Part shown: one piece after another, positions 28,945 to 40,761 of the stretch
How positions within the stretch are numbered: position 1 is the first letter of the stretch
How the letters are laid out: every line of letters starts with the position of its first letter
Assembly (NCBI GenBank): GCA_964561115.1
Contig: CAZLOE010000005.1
Coordinates: 1 to 63,493, forward strand
Length of the DNA stretch: 63,493 bases
Reading direction: 5' to 3'
Source of the DNA: an uncultured Actinomycetota bacterium
GTDB taxonomy: Bacteria; Actinomycetota; Humimicrobiia; Humimicrobiales; Humimicrobiaceae
Position numbers and translations under genes: made by a program
Notes under the pieces: generated by a model
Database searches by the model: none
What the model saw: only the letters and a program-made list of their open reading frames with translations
What the model was told of the DNA's origin: nothing

Positions 28945-29021
28945 TGATTTAAGAGCACCCATTTAAAGAAATTAAAATCAAATCAATAATAAAAATTAAT
29001 AAATACTGAGGCCTAATAAAA

Positions 29022-29037
29022 TCAACTGTACAGTTGA
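29022..29037. other. Perfect 16-bp palindrome
   Basis: TCAACTGTACAGTTGA in an AT-rich intergenic stretch. Confidence 0.6.
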
Positions 29038-29078
29038 ATCAATATAATCCTGATTATTTAAAGAGAATAGTAATTAGA

Positions 29079-29153
29079 TTAATATAATAATTTTTTTATT
29101 TTATTTATTTCCTCCATAATTTGGTTCGAAATTCTGTAACTTGGGTCTACCAG
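29079..29153 (-). other. Cryptic peptide across site 4
   Basis: Hand translation LVDPSYRISNQIMEEINKIKKLLY*; open upstream to an ATG at 29180. Confidence 0.55.
29122..29152 (+). repeat. Site 4: 31-bp att-like direct repeat
   Basis: TGGTTCGAAATT-CTGTA-ACTTGGGTCTACCA. Confidence 0.85.
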
Positions 29154-29166
29154 TTTTAGTATTTCT

Positions 29167-29442
29167 TTATTTAAACTCATAGGTTGACTCATTTCTTTTT
29201 AGGACTCTAAGAATAATTACTCTATTGTCTTTGTCAAAAACATCATAGATTATTCTATAAGAGAAAAATCTTATTCTGTAAGTATTTTGAAATCTCTTTA
29301 TTTTCCTTACTCCAGGTGGTCTTGGTTCTATTGATAAATTATCAATTATACTTACAAGTTCATTGAAGTTTGGTAATTTACTCTTAAGTTTCTTAAAATC
29401 TCTTTCAGCAGCTGGTGATATTTCTACTAAATAGTTTTCCAT
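29167..29442 (-). CDS. RelE/ParE-family toxin
   Basis: YLVEISPAAERDFKKL, PRPPGVRKI, YRIRFFSYRIIYDV. Confidence 0.88.
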   Translation of the reverse strand: MENYLVEISPAAERDFKKLKSKLPNFNELVSIIDNLSIEPRPPGVRKIKRFQNTYRIRFFSYRIIYDVFDKDNRVIILRVLKRNESTYEFK

Positions 29443-29448
29443 AATAGG

Positions 29449-29679
29449 TTATTTAAGACTTTTCTTTACTTCATTCCAGGATTTTGTACCACTTTTTTTT
29501 ATTTCCTCCTGGCTCTCTTTTATTAATGGAGTAAGTTCTATGTCTTCGTGGCTTTCTATCCATTCCACTATTGCCTCAGAAACAATATCACTGGCATTAA
29601 TATTCCTCTTTGCTGCTTCTACTTTTAGATGCGTATATATATTCTCATCTCTAAATACAACTGTCATTCTTTTACTCAT
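29449..29679 (-). CDS. Ribbon-helix-helix antitoxin
   Basis: ATG at 29679 after GGAGG; MSKRMTVVF beta-strand plus two helices; directly upstream of the toxin. Confidence 0.75.
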   Translation of the reverse strand: MSKRMTVVFRDENIYTHLKVEAAKRNINASDIVSEAIVEWIESHEDIELTPLIKESQEEIKKSGTKSWNEVKKSLK

Positions 29680-29692
29680 TTTTTGCCTCCAT

Positions 29693-29708
29693 AAACGTAT
29701 ACACGTTT
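29693..29708. promoter_or_regulatory. Probable TA operator
   Basis: AAACGT-atac-ACGTTT inverted repeat just upstream of the antitoxin SD. Confidence 0.55.
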
Positions 29709-29912
29709 GCACGCTTAAACATATAATACCAGATTTTAAACTTTTCACCAAATATGAGGATTATAAATGGTTTACGGAGGTGAAGTATTAAATTTATGAA
29801 TTATTCTGTAATTACCTTGGTTTAAAATTATCTCCTTTACTTGTTGAGAAGCCCCGCAATATAGACTATAATTACCCCTATTTACAATAAAGGAGATTTC
29901 TATAGTATAAAT

Positions 29913-31175
29913 ATGCCCGGATTTCATATCAGGGAGCTTGGTGAATACAGACCTGGTTCCTTTAACAGTTTAAACTTAAACAAGTTAAAAGAGTTTGTGA
30001 TCGTCCCCTATTTTATAGAATGGTACGCAAGCAGGGAGTCAAAGAAAGTATACCCCCTGTTTATCCAGGAAATTGAATCTTTAAATCCCACATCTTTTAG
30101 GCTGCCCGGAATAATCGGCAGGAATCCCTTTTTTGACCATGCCCAGATCAAATTCTTCATTGCTTATGACGACGGCAGGCCTGTGGGAAGAGTGATGTCA
30201 TTTATAGACTATAACTATAACGAAAAATACAATGAGAATTTTGGATGGATCGGCCTGTTTGAGTCTATTGAGAACAGAGACGCGGCAGGGGTGCTTATTG
30301 ACAGCGCAGTTGATTATTTAAAGGGATATGGATGTAGCAAGATAATGGGTCCAGCCAAGTTCAATGCTGGAGGAGAGGTAGGTCTCCTTATAGACGGGTT
30401 TGAAAACAAACCTTATTTTATGGAGCCCTATAATGCCCCATATTATAAAGACTTCTTTGAGGGGTACGGTTTTAGAAAGGAAAACGACTGGTACAGCATA
30501 ATAACCGACAGTGTTGTCAGTAAAAATTATATGGACAGGATCGAAAGGGTCATGCTTAAGATCTCCAATAAAAAAGGAAGAAATTTTGACGGGGTAAATA
30601 TAAGGTGTGCTGATTTTAAAGATTACAGAAGTGAGATCATAAGAATAAGAGAGCTATATAATGACATCTGGGATACCGATAAGCACCCCCAGCAGGTGAG
30701 ACTGACCGATGCGGAATTCAATTATCTGGCAATGGGCATAAAGGCAATATCTATGGAAGAGCTGATATTTATAGTAGAAAAACATGGGGAGCCCATAGGA
30801 GTATCGGTAAATTTCCCGGATATAAATGAGATTATCTATGATTTTGACAATGGGCAGCAGCACCAGCCTTCAAGACGGTTCCTGAGCAGGCGGGACATGA
30901 CCAGGGATATCAGGATCTTTAATCTGGTGCGCAGGAAACTCAAGACAAAGGGATACACAAGGTTCCGGTCACTGATCCTGGGTATCAAAAAGGAATACAG
31001 GAGAAATGCAATAGAAGCCAAGATATATTCAAAGATAAGCACGGATGCGGTAGACCTCGGATTTAAGCATGCTTCGGGCTCACAGCTTGCAGATATAAAT
31101 CTGGATATTGTAAATCCTATTTCCAGGCTCGGTAAGGTCGCTTTTACCTGGCGGGTCTACAGTCTGGATGTTTAA
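29913..31175 (+). CDS. YghO-like GNAT acyltransferase (family includes bacterial ceramide synthase)
   Basis: FFDHA..KFFIA..GRPVGR, G.FESIEN, GLLIDGFE, MEPYNAPYY, GY..END motifs. Confidence 0.75.
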   Translation: MPGFHIRELGEYRPGSFNSLNLNKLKEFVIVPYFIEWYASRESKKVYPLFIQEIESLNPTSFRLPGIIGRNPFFDHAQIKFFIAYDDGRPVGRVMSFIDYNYNEKYNENFGWIGLFESIENRDAAGVLIDSAVDYLKGYGCSKIMGPAKFNAGGEVGLLIDGFENKPYFMEPYNAPYYKDFFEGYGFRKENDWYSIITDSVVSKNYMDRIERVMLKISNKKGRNFDGVNIRCADFKDYRSEIIRIRELYNDIWDTDKHPQQVRLTDAEFNYLAMGIKAISMEELIFIVEKHGEPIGVSVNFPDINEIIYDFDNGQQHQPSRRFLSRRDMTRDIRIFNLVRRKLKTKGYTRFRSLILGIKKEYRRNAIEAKIYSKISTDAVDLGFKHASGSQLADINLDIVNPISRLGKVAFTWRVYSLDV

Positions 31176-31248
31176 AAGATATTCTATAATTACCCCATTG
31201 CTGATAAAATAATGCATAAAATATAAGTGATTTATCGGAGGTATTATT

Positions 31249-32139
31249 TTGGCCAGATGGAGTGCGGGAAAGATAGTAGGGATCACATTCTTATGCATTT
31301 TTGTACTGCTTTTGTTTTCCGGAGGCTGCTATTTGGCAGGACTTCTTAGCAGCACCTTTGGCAGGACTTCTTACAGCTTAGGGGATTCTATTTATGAGAT
31401 CCGCCTGGAAGGAGTGATCTCCGCGGAGAAATATTCAGGCCTTTTGATGGAGGAGACAGTTACTCCTGAGGAAATAATAAGCCAGCTGGATGAAGCCGAA
31501 AGCAATCCCGACGTAAAGGCGATTTTGATCAGGGTCAACAGCCCAGGAGGCAGTGCCGCTGCTTCCCAGGAGATATATGAAGAGCTTAAAAAAGTGGAAA
31601 AGCCGGTGGTCGTATCGGTCAGTGAGACCTGTGCTTCCGGAGCCTATTATATATCGGCAGCTGCCGACAGTATAATCGCCAACCGCTCCTCTTCAGTAGG
31701 AAGTATCGGGGTAATAATGCAGATCCCTAATTTTGAAGGTTTGTTTGAACAACTGGGGATAGAATATGTAACCATAAAGCAGGGTGAGTTTAAGGATGTT
31801 GGAAGCCCTGACAGGCCTATTACCGAAGAAGAAGCAAGTATGCTTGAAGCGCAGCTTAAAGAGATCTACGAGCAGTTTATTTCCGATGTAGCCGATTCCA
31901 GAGGTATGGAAATAAGCGAGGTAAGGGAGCTGGCCACGGGATGGGTCTATTTGGGGACAGAAGCCCTGGATCTGGGCCTTATTGACCAGATCGGCAACTA
32001 CAAGGATGCAATAGAAGCAGCAGCAGAGCTGGGAGGGATCAAGGGCGAACCGGTTGTAATAAAACAGGAATACAGCTATTCGCTTATGGATCTGATCTTT
32101 GATTATTACTTGAATTTGTTAGTAAATAGAATATTTTAA
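31249..32139 (+). CDS. sppA: Signal peptide peptidase SppA (short, S49 family)
   Basis: RVNSPGGS, ASGAYYI, GSIGV, GEFKD; N-terminal TM segment. Confidence 0.92.
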   Translation: MARWSAGKIVGITFLCIFVLLLFSGGCYLAGLLSSTFGRTSYSLGDSIYEIRLEGVISAEKYSGLLMEETVTPEEIISQLDEAESNPDVKAILIRVNSPGGSAAASQEIYEELKKVEKPVVVSVSETCASGAYYISAAADSIIANRSSSVGSIGVIMQIPNFEGLFEQLGIEYVTIKQGEFKDVGSPDRPITEEEASMLEAQLKEIYEQFISDVADSRGMEISEVRELATGWVYLGTEALDLGLIDQIGNYKDAIEAAAELGGIKGEPVVIKQEYSYSLMDLIFDYYLNLLVNRIF

Positions 32140-32176
32140 AGTGATTTTAACCGGTATAGCTGAATAGCTGATTTTG

Positions 32177-32204
32177 TTGACACTCCTGTTCCTGCTGTTA
32201 TAAT
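32177..32204 (+). promoter_or_regulatory. Consensus promoter of the A/V-ATPase operon
   Basis: TTGACA-N16-TATAAT with extended TG. Confidence 0.8.
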
Positions 32205-32229
32205 ACTACAAGTTTTTTATTTTTTAAAA

Positions 32230-32540
32230 ATGATTAATAATATAATTGGTAAAATAAAAAAAGCTGAAAAGAAGGCAGAAAAAGTCATTGCCTCATCAAA
32301 AAAGAAATCCAAAGAGACCATAGAAGAATCATACCGCAGTGCAACAGAAATTCTAAAGGAAGCTGAAAAGGAAGTTAAAACTATGTCGGCAGAAGCCGAA
32401 GACAGGGCAAAAAGTGATGCGGCAGGAGAAGCTGAAAAACTGGAGAAAGAATATAAAAACAGGTTGGCACAAATAAAGAGTATTTCTGAGACCAACCGGG
32501 AAAAAGCAATAAAAAAAATAGTTCAGAGGATTATTATTTA

Positions 32541-32541
<1 letters not shown>
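32230..32541 (+). CDS. A/V-type ATPase subunit H/G (peripheral stalk)
   Basis: Charged coiled-coil (IKKAEKKAEKVI), first gene of the operon. Confidence 0.8.
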
Positions 32542-35016
<2,475 letters not shown>

Positions 35017-35030
35017 CAGGTGAGCAGAAT

Positions 35031-35603
35031 ATGGCAGAGTTAGACAATGTTTCCAAAAAGATCCTGGAAGATGCAGCAGCGGAAAAAGAAAAGATACTGG
35101 CTGAAGCCAGGGGTAAGGCGTCAGCAATAGTAGAGGAAGCTGAAAAGAAGGCAGAGGAGATCAAACAGGAAGGGAAACTTAAGGCGAAGGAAAAATATCA
35201 GGAAGTTTTTGATGTGGAAGTGACCAGGGCAAAAACCGAATTAAATCAGAAAGTGATTAACTATAAGATAGATCTGATCGATGATGTCATCGCTGAAGCT
35301 AAAAAGAGGCTCTCGGATCTGGATAAGAAAGAATATGAGAGGTTTTTAAGAAAGACTCTTAAAGAATTGAAAGTGAAAAACGGCAGTTACCAGATAGGGA
35401 GCCAGGAAAAAAGTATTAACGGCAAAATGATAGAATCAATGGCAAAATTAAAAAAAGCGGGCGGGAAGCCGGATTTCAAAAAGGGGATCAAGATAATCAA
35501 AGGAAAAGCCCAGTATAATATAACAGCAGACAGCCTTATCGATCCCAATATCGAAGATATCAGAATGGAAACGGCTTTTAATCTATTTGGTGAGGAGAAG
35601 TAA
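35031..35603 (+). CDS. ntpE: A/V-type ATPase subunit E
   Basis: N-terminal coiled-coil; position in operon. Confidence 0.85.
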   Translation: MAELDNVSKKILEDAAAEKEKILAEARGKASAIVEEAEKKAEEIKQEGKLKAKEKYQEVFDVEVTRAKTELNQKVINYKIDLIDDVIAEAKKRLSDLDKKEYERFLRKTLKELKVKNGSYQIGSQEKSINGKMIESMAKLKKAGGKPDFKKGIKIIKGKAQYNITADSLIDPNIEDIRMETAFNLFGEEK

Positions 35604-35609
35604 GAGTAA

Positions 35610-36623
35610 ATGTATCTTGATTATGATATTGGAGATGACAGCTATTATCTTTTTACCTGTGCAGAGCTGCAGTCCAGGCAGATAGAGTTTCTGGGAAAAG
35701 ATAAATTAGAAAGAATGCTGAAATCCAAAAACCGGGAAGACTTTTTCGGAGTTTTAAGAGATACGGTTTATTCTAAATATATAAGTGATATTGAGAGTTC
35801 CGGAAGCTTTGAAAATGCTGTATTAGAGGAATATAAAATAATGGTGAATTATCTGAGCGAAAGACTGAGGCCGGAGCACCAGCCGGTAAAGGATTTGCTT
35901 TTTTTAGAACTGAATATACATAACCTGAAAGTGATTGTTAAATCTGTAACTGGCGATATGGATCTGGAAGAACTTTTCATTCCCCTGTTTTATTCTTATG
36001 CAGAAATGAAAGATGCGGCTGCAACTGAAAATTATGAAGTGGTCGGCCAGTCTGTGTTCAGAATACTTAAGTACGTGATAGAACTTGCCAAAAACCAGAA
36101 AGATCACAGGCTTATGGAGTTGGAGCTTGAGAAATTTTATTTAGAGCAGGTTTCAGAATCGGTAAAAGGCCTGAGGAGCAGGATGATCGCAGATTATTTA
36201 AGACATGTTATAGATATAATGAATATCAAAAATATCTGCAGGAGCAAGTACCTCAAAGAGGATTTAAAATTTGACAGTTTCCTGTATGGAAACGGATTTT
36301 TATCTAAGGAATCAATGACTGGCTTCAAGGATGAGGGACTGGAAGTCTTTATAAAGGAGATGGGACGTACGGATTATGCAGATATAGCGGCCAGAGGAGC
36401 TCATGCCCTGCAGCAGGAGGGAACCTTTTCCTCTTTTGAAAAAAATGAAGATTTGTTTTATATCGATTTTTTTGAACCCGTAAATTACTCGGTTTCAAAT
36501 CTGGAAAAGATATTTCAATTCTTTTTGACAAAGAAGATGGAACTAAGTTATTTGAATGTCATATTTACCGGTGTCTTATATGGTATTGATGAAAGCAGGA
36601 TAAGAAGTAAGGTAGGAGTCTAA
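35610..36623 (+). CDS. ntpC: A/V-type ATPase subunit C
   Basis: Length, position, D..NIKNICR and K.ELSYLNVI motifs. Confidence 0.85.
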   Translation: MYLDYDIGDDSYYLFTCAELQSRQIEFLGKDKLERMLKSKNREDFFGVLRDTVYSKYISDIESSGSFENAVLEEYKIMVNYLSERLRPEHQPVKDLLFLELNIHNLKVIVKSVTGDMDLEELFIPLFYSYAEMKDAAATENYEVVGQSVFRILKYVIELAKNQKDHRLMELELEKFYLEQVSESVKGLRSRMIADYLRHVIDIMNIKNICRSKYLKEDLKFDSFLYGNGFLSKESMTGFKDEGLEVFIKEMGRTDYADIAARGAHALQQEGTFSSFEKNEDLFYIDFFEPVNYSVSNLEKIFQFFLTKKMELSYLNVIFTGVLYGIDESRIRSKVGV

Positions 36624-36977
36624 ATGGATACAAAAATTGCTGCATTTGGTGAAAGTGACATTATGTTAATATTTAAGGCGGCAGGTATTGAGGTTTTTCC
36701 GGTTGCTGCCGGTGCCAGCGATACAGCTGAAATAGAAAAAAAGCTAAGGGAACTGGTAAAAGAGGGTTACGGGATCATCTTTATGACTGAGACTATTGCA
36801 TTAAAATTGGACAGTCTGATCAGAGGATATGCAGATAAGATGACGCCGTCAATAGTAGTGATCCCGGGGCTGGGGAAAAGAAATGATTATGCAGTCAGAA
36901 GATTAAGAAGAGCAATAATAAAAGCAGTCGGTGTGGATATAATGTCAGAAAAGAAGGAGAGCATAAGTGAAAGGTAA
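36624..36977 (+). CDS. ntpG: A/V-type ATPase subunit F
   Basis: [30 protein letters not shown]. Confidence 0.88.
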   Translation: MDTKIAAFGESDIMLIFKAAGIEVFPVAAGASDTAEIEKKLRELVKEGYGIIFMTETIALKLDSLIRGYADKMTPSIVVIPGLGKRNDYAVRRLRRAIIKAVGVDIMSEKKESISER

Positions 36978-38727
36978 AGGTAAGATAGTAAAGGTAGCAG
37001 GTCCGCTTGTAGTTGCTGAAAATATGGCAGGTTCAAAGATGTTCGATGTTGTTTATGTTTCCGATAAGAAGTTGATGGGCGAGATAATAGAGCTTAAGAA
37101 AGATCTTGCTTCTATCCAGGTCTATGAAGAAACGGGGGGCATCGGTGTCGGAGAGCCGGTATATACTTCAGGTGAACCACTGACTGTTGAGCTGGGGCCC
37201 GGCGTCATAGAGTCTATTTATGATGGGATCCAGAGGCCCCTTGATGAGATATATAGAAAGACCGGTAACTTTATTACCAGGGGTGTTTCCCAGTCAGCGT
37301 TAAACAGAGACAGGAAGTGGAAATTTAAGCCAATGGTAAAAAAGGGTGATAAGGTGACAAGCGGAGATTTTCTGGGCTTTGTCAATGAGACGGAGATAAT
37401 AAAACATTATATCATGGTCCCTAACGGGATAAGCGGAGAGGTAAAATCAATTGAAAAAGGCGAGTTTAAGGTCACCGATACCGTAGCAGTAATCAAAAGC
37501 AGGGACGGCGACAGGAAGGTGACTATGATACAGAAGTGGCCGGTAAGAAAGCCCAGGCCGTATCTGATCAAGATGAGTCCGGATATGCCCTTATTTACCG
37601 GTCAGAGGGTGATAGATATGTTCTTCCCCATTGCAAAGGGCGGTACTGCGTGTGTTCCAGGCCCTTTTGGCTCGGGCAAGACCGTTATTCAGCATCAGCT
37701 GGCAAAATGGGTCGATGCCGAGATCATTGTTTACGTGGGATGCGGGGAAAGAGGAAACGAGATGACGGATGTTCTTATGGAATTCCCTGAATTGATCGAT
37801 CCCAAGTCCGGAGTCCCTTTGATGAAAAGAACTGTGCTTATTGCTAATACCTCAAATATGCCTGTTGCGGCCAGGGAAACATCCGTTTATACGGGCATAA
37901 CAATTGCCGAATATTTCAGGGATATGGGTTATTCGGTGGCGCTGATGGCAGATTCAACTTCAAGATGGGCGGAAGCTATGAGAGAGATTTCCGGTAGGCT
38001 GGAAGAGATGCCAGGAGAGGAAGGATATCCGGCGTATCTGGGATCAAGGATTGCTACATTTTATGAAAGGGCAGGAATGGTAAAATGTCTGTCAAGTGAT
38101 AAAAACAGATTGGGAGCTCTTTCAGTGATCGGTGCGGTGTCACCTCCCGGAGGTGACCTTTCCGACCCGGTGGTTCAGGCTACATTAAGGGTGGTAAAAG
38201 TCTTCTGGTCTCTTGAAGCTCACCTTGCCTACAGCAGGCATTTCCCGGCAATATCATGGCTGAACTCCTACTCTCTTTATATTGATAATATAAGGGACTA
38301 CGTTACTAAAAATATAAAGGAAGATTATTTTGACCTGCAGGCGGAAGCAATGAGGATCCTTGAAAAGGAATCGGAGCTTGAGGAGATTGTACGCCTGGTA
38401 GGAGTCGATTCGCTGTCGGGTTCAGACAGGGTGATACTGCTCACGGCCAGAATGTTAAGGGAAGACTTCCTGCATCAGATCGCCTATCATGAAGCAGACA
38501 CTTATTCATCAATAGAAAAGCAGTATAAGATGATGGATACCATTATTTATTTCTACGAGCAGGCATCTAGTTGTTTGAAGTTAAATGCTGATATTAAGGA
38601 TATAGAAAATATGAAGGTCAGGGAAAAGATAGCCAGGATGAAATATATAAAAAAAGAGAATATAGAAGATATTGATAAGATAAAAGAAGATATAGATAAA
38701 GAATTTTCTTCAATAACAGAGGGGTAG
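36967..38727 (+). CDS. ntpA: A/V-type ATPase catalytic subunit A
   Basis: [36 protein letters not shown]. Confidence 0.97.
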   Translation: MKGKGKIVKVAGPLVVAENMAGSKMFDVVYVSDKKLMGEIIELKKDLASIQVYEETGGIGVGEPVYTSGEPLTVELGPGVIESIYDGIQRPLDEIYRKTGNFITRGVSQSALNRDRKWKFKPMVKKGDKVTSGDFLGFVNETEIIKHYIMVPNGISGEVKSIEKGEFKVTDTVAVIKSRDGDRKVTMIQKWPVRKPRPYLIKMSPDMPLFTGQRVIDMFFPIAKGGTACVPGPFGSGKTVIQHQLAKWVDAEIIVYVGCGERGNEMTDVLMEFPELIDPKSGVPLMKRTVLIANTSNMPVAARETSVYTGITIAEYFRDMGYSVALMADSTSRWAEAMREISGRLEEMPGEEGYPAYLGSRIATFYERAGMVKCLSSDKNRLGALSVIGAVSPPGGDLSDPVVQATLRVVKVFWSLEAHLAYSRHFPAISWLNSYSLYIDNIRDYVTKNIKEDYFDLQAEAMRILEKESELEEIVRLVGVDSLSGSDRVILLTARMLREDFLHQIAYHEADTYSSIEKQYKMMDTIIYFYEQASSCLKLNADIKDIENMKVREKIARMKYIKKENIEDIDKIKEDIDKEFSSITEG

Positions 38728-38729
38728 GA

Positions 38730-40121
38730 ATGTTAAAAGAATATAAAAGCATTTCCAATATATCAGGACCTCTACTTAATGTAGAGGGTGTCGAGGGAGT
38801 CAAGTATGAAGAGCTGGTTGATATAAAACTTGATGACGGGTCAGTTAGAAGCGGCAGGGTGCTTGAGGTAGATAGGGATAATGCGCTGGTACAGGTATTT
38901 GAAGGTACGACTGGAATAGATTCAGAGAATACCAGGGTCAGTTTTTTGGGTAGGGGCGCTCATATGTACCTTTCTCCTGATATACTTGGTAAAGTCTTCA
39001 CCGGCCTCGGAAAGCCCAAGACTGAGAAAGATAAAATCATTCCCGAAAAGAGCCTGGATATAAATGGCGCTCCTATAAATCCGTATGCCAGGGATTATCC
39101 CAATGAGTTTATTCAGACCGGAATATCATCCATAGACGGCCTGAACACCCTGGTAAGGGGGCAAAAGCTGCCTATATTTTCAGGAGCAGGGCTTCCTCAC
39201 AACAGAATAGCGGCCCAGATAGCAAGACAGGCCACAGTTCTGGGGAAGAAAGAGGAATTTGCGGTAGTCTTTATTGCCATAGGGATCACTTTTGAAGAAT
39301 CCGAGTATTTTATCAGCGATTTTAAGAAAACCGGCGCCATAAGCAAGGCAGTCATGATATTAAACCTTGCCGATGATCCTTCAATTGAAAGGATCGCGAC
39401 TCCCAGGGTAGGACTCACCTGTGCCGAATATCTTGCTTTTGAAAAGGACATGCATGTGCTGGTGATTTTAACTGATATGACTAATTACTGTGAAGCTCTA
39501 AAAGAAGTCTCCGCCGCCAGAAAAGAAATCCCTGGAAGAAGGGGTTATCCCGGATATTTATATACCGATCTGGCCACTATTTATGAGAGAGCCGGCAGGA
39601 TCAAGGGAAAGAAGGGATCGATAACCCAGATACCAATACTTACCATGCCGGAAGATGATAAGACCCACCCCATTCCTGACCTTACGGGTTATATAACCGA
39701 GGGGCAGATAATACTGTCAAGATCACTTCACAAGAAAAAACTATCTCCTCCTGTTGACGTACTGCCTTCTCTTTCAAGGCTTAAAGATAAGGGGATCGGC
39801 AAGGGAAAGACAAGAGAAGACCATGCGGATATGTTTAACCAGCTGTATGCGGCATATGCAAGAGGGAAGGATGTAGAGGAGCTGGCAACCATACTTGGAG
39901 AAGCAGCGCTTACTGATATGGACAGGCTGTATCTTAAATTTGCAGAAGATTTTGAAAATGAATATATTTCCCAGGGGGAATACGAAAATAGGAGCATAAC
40001 CCATACGCTTGACCTGGGATGGAAACTGCTTACCATATTTCCAAGAGAAGAGCTAAAAAGGATCAGGACAGAATACCTGGATAAATACCTGGTAAAATTT
40101 AAAAAGGAAAAAGAAAAATAA
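38730..40121 (+). CDS. ntpB: A/V-type ATPase subunit B
   Basis: [37 protein letters not shown]. Confidence 0.97.
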   Translation: MLKEYKSISNISGPLLNVEGVEGVKYEELVDIKLDDGSVRSGRVLEVDRDNALVQVFEGTTGIDSENTRVSFLGRGAHMYLSPDILGKVFTGLGKPKTEKDKIIPEKSLDINGAPINPYARDYPNEFIQTGISSIDGLNTLVRGQKLPIFSGAGLPHNRIAAQIARQATVLGKKEEFAVVFIAIGITFEESEYFISDFKKTGAISKAVMILNLADDPSIERIATPRVGLTCAEYLAFEKDMHVLVILTDMTNYCEALKEVSAARKEIPGRRGYPGYLYTDLATIYERAGRIKGKKGSITQIPILTMPEDDKTHPIPDLTGYITEGQIILSRSLHKKKLSPPVDVLPSLSRLKDKGIGKGKTREDHADMFNQLYAAYARGKDVEELATILGEAALTDMDRLYLKFAEDFENEYISQGEYENRSITHTLDLGWKLLTIFPREELKRIRTEYLDKYLVKFKKEKEK

Positions 40122-40133
40122 AAGGGTAATAAA

Positions 40134-40754
40134 ATGCTGATGGGTGTCAATGCGACCAGAATGGAACTTCTTCGCTTAAAAAAGAGGTTAAATCTGGCTC
40201 GTAGGGGGCATAAGCTCCTTAAAGATAAGAGAGATGAACTTATGAGGCAGCTGCTTGCCATAATAGATGAGGTCAAAGAGCTCCGGCTGTCAATAGAAAA
40301 GGAATTTCAATCCGTACTGGAAAGATTTGTGGCTGCAAAAGCAGCACTGGGTTCATCACAGACAAAGCAGGAGCTGTTGCTTCCGGTAAAAAAGATTTCA
40401 GTTTCCATGAGCCGGAAAAATATTATGAGCGTCCGTGTGCCCTCTTATTCCCAGGAAGTCAGCGGCGGTATCATCCCATATGGTTATATTAATACATCCG
40501 GAGAAATGGATATTGCTCTGACAGATTTTGATAAGTCCATAGAGAACCTGCTTAATCTGGCTGAAAAGGAAAAGACAGTACAACTCATGGCCATAGAGAT
40601 CGAAGAGACCAGGAGAAGGGTAAATGCCCTTGAGCACAAGTTGATCCCCGGATTGGATGAGACTATAAAATTCATAACCATGAAACTTGAAGAAAATGAG
40701 CGGTCCAATACAGTAAGACTTATGAGGGTAAAGGATATTGTAAGAAGCCACTGA
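40134..40754 (+). CDS. ntpD: A/V-type ATPase subunit D
   Basis: ATRMELL, RGHKLLKDKRD, TRRRVNALE. Confidence 0.96.
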   Translation: MLMGVNATRMELLRLKKRLNLARRGHKLLKDKRDELMRQLLAIIDEVKELRLSIEKEFQSVLERFVAAKAALGSSQTKQELLLPVKKISVSMSRKNIMSVRVPSYSQEVSGGIIPYGYINTSGEMDIALTDFDKSIENLLNLAEKEKTVQLMAIEIEETRRRVNALEHKLIPGLDETIKFITMKLEENERSNTVRLMRVKDIVRSH

Positions 40755-40761
40755 AAAAGAC

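Noticed and set aside
24187-29152. CRISPR array or classical integron
   Set aside because: Spacers are 1.3-2 kb gene modules and no cas genes are present; the sites lack RYYYAAC/GTTRRRY attC ends and long hairpins, and there is no intI
24187-29152. Xer/dif (pdif) modules
   Set aside because: No 11-6-11 layout and no TTATGT-AA XerD arm; the tRNA T-loop/CCA match explains the sequence better
29728-29740. Inverted 13-mer (TTTAAAATCTGGT) matching the left flank of site 2, a possible right boundary of the island
   Set aside because: AT-rich, wrong orientation for a direct-repeat array and no second arm; the right boundary remains undefined
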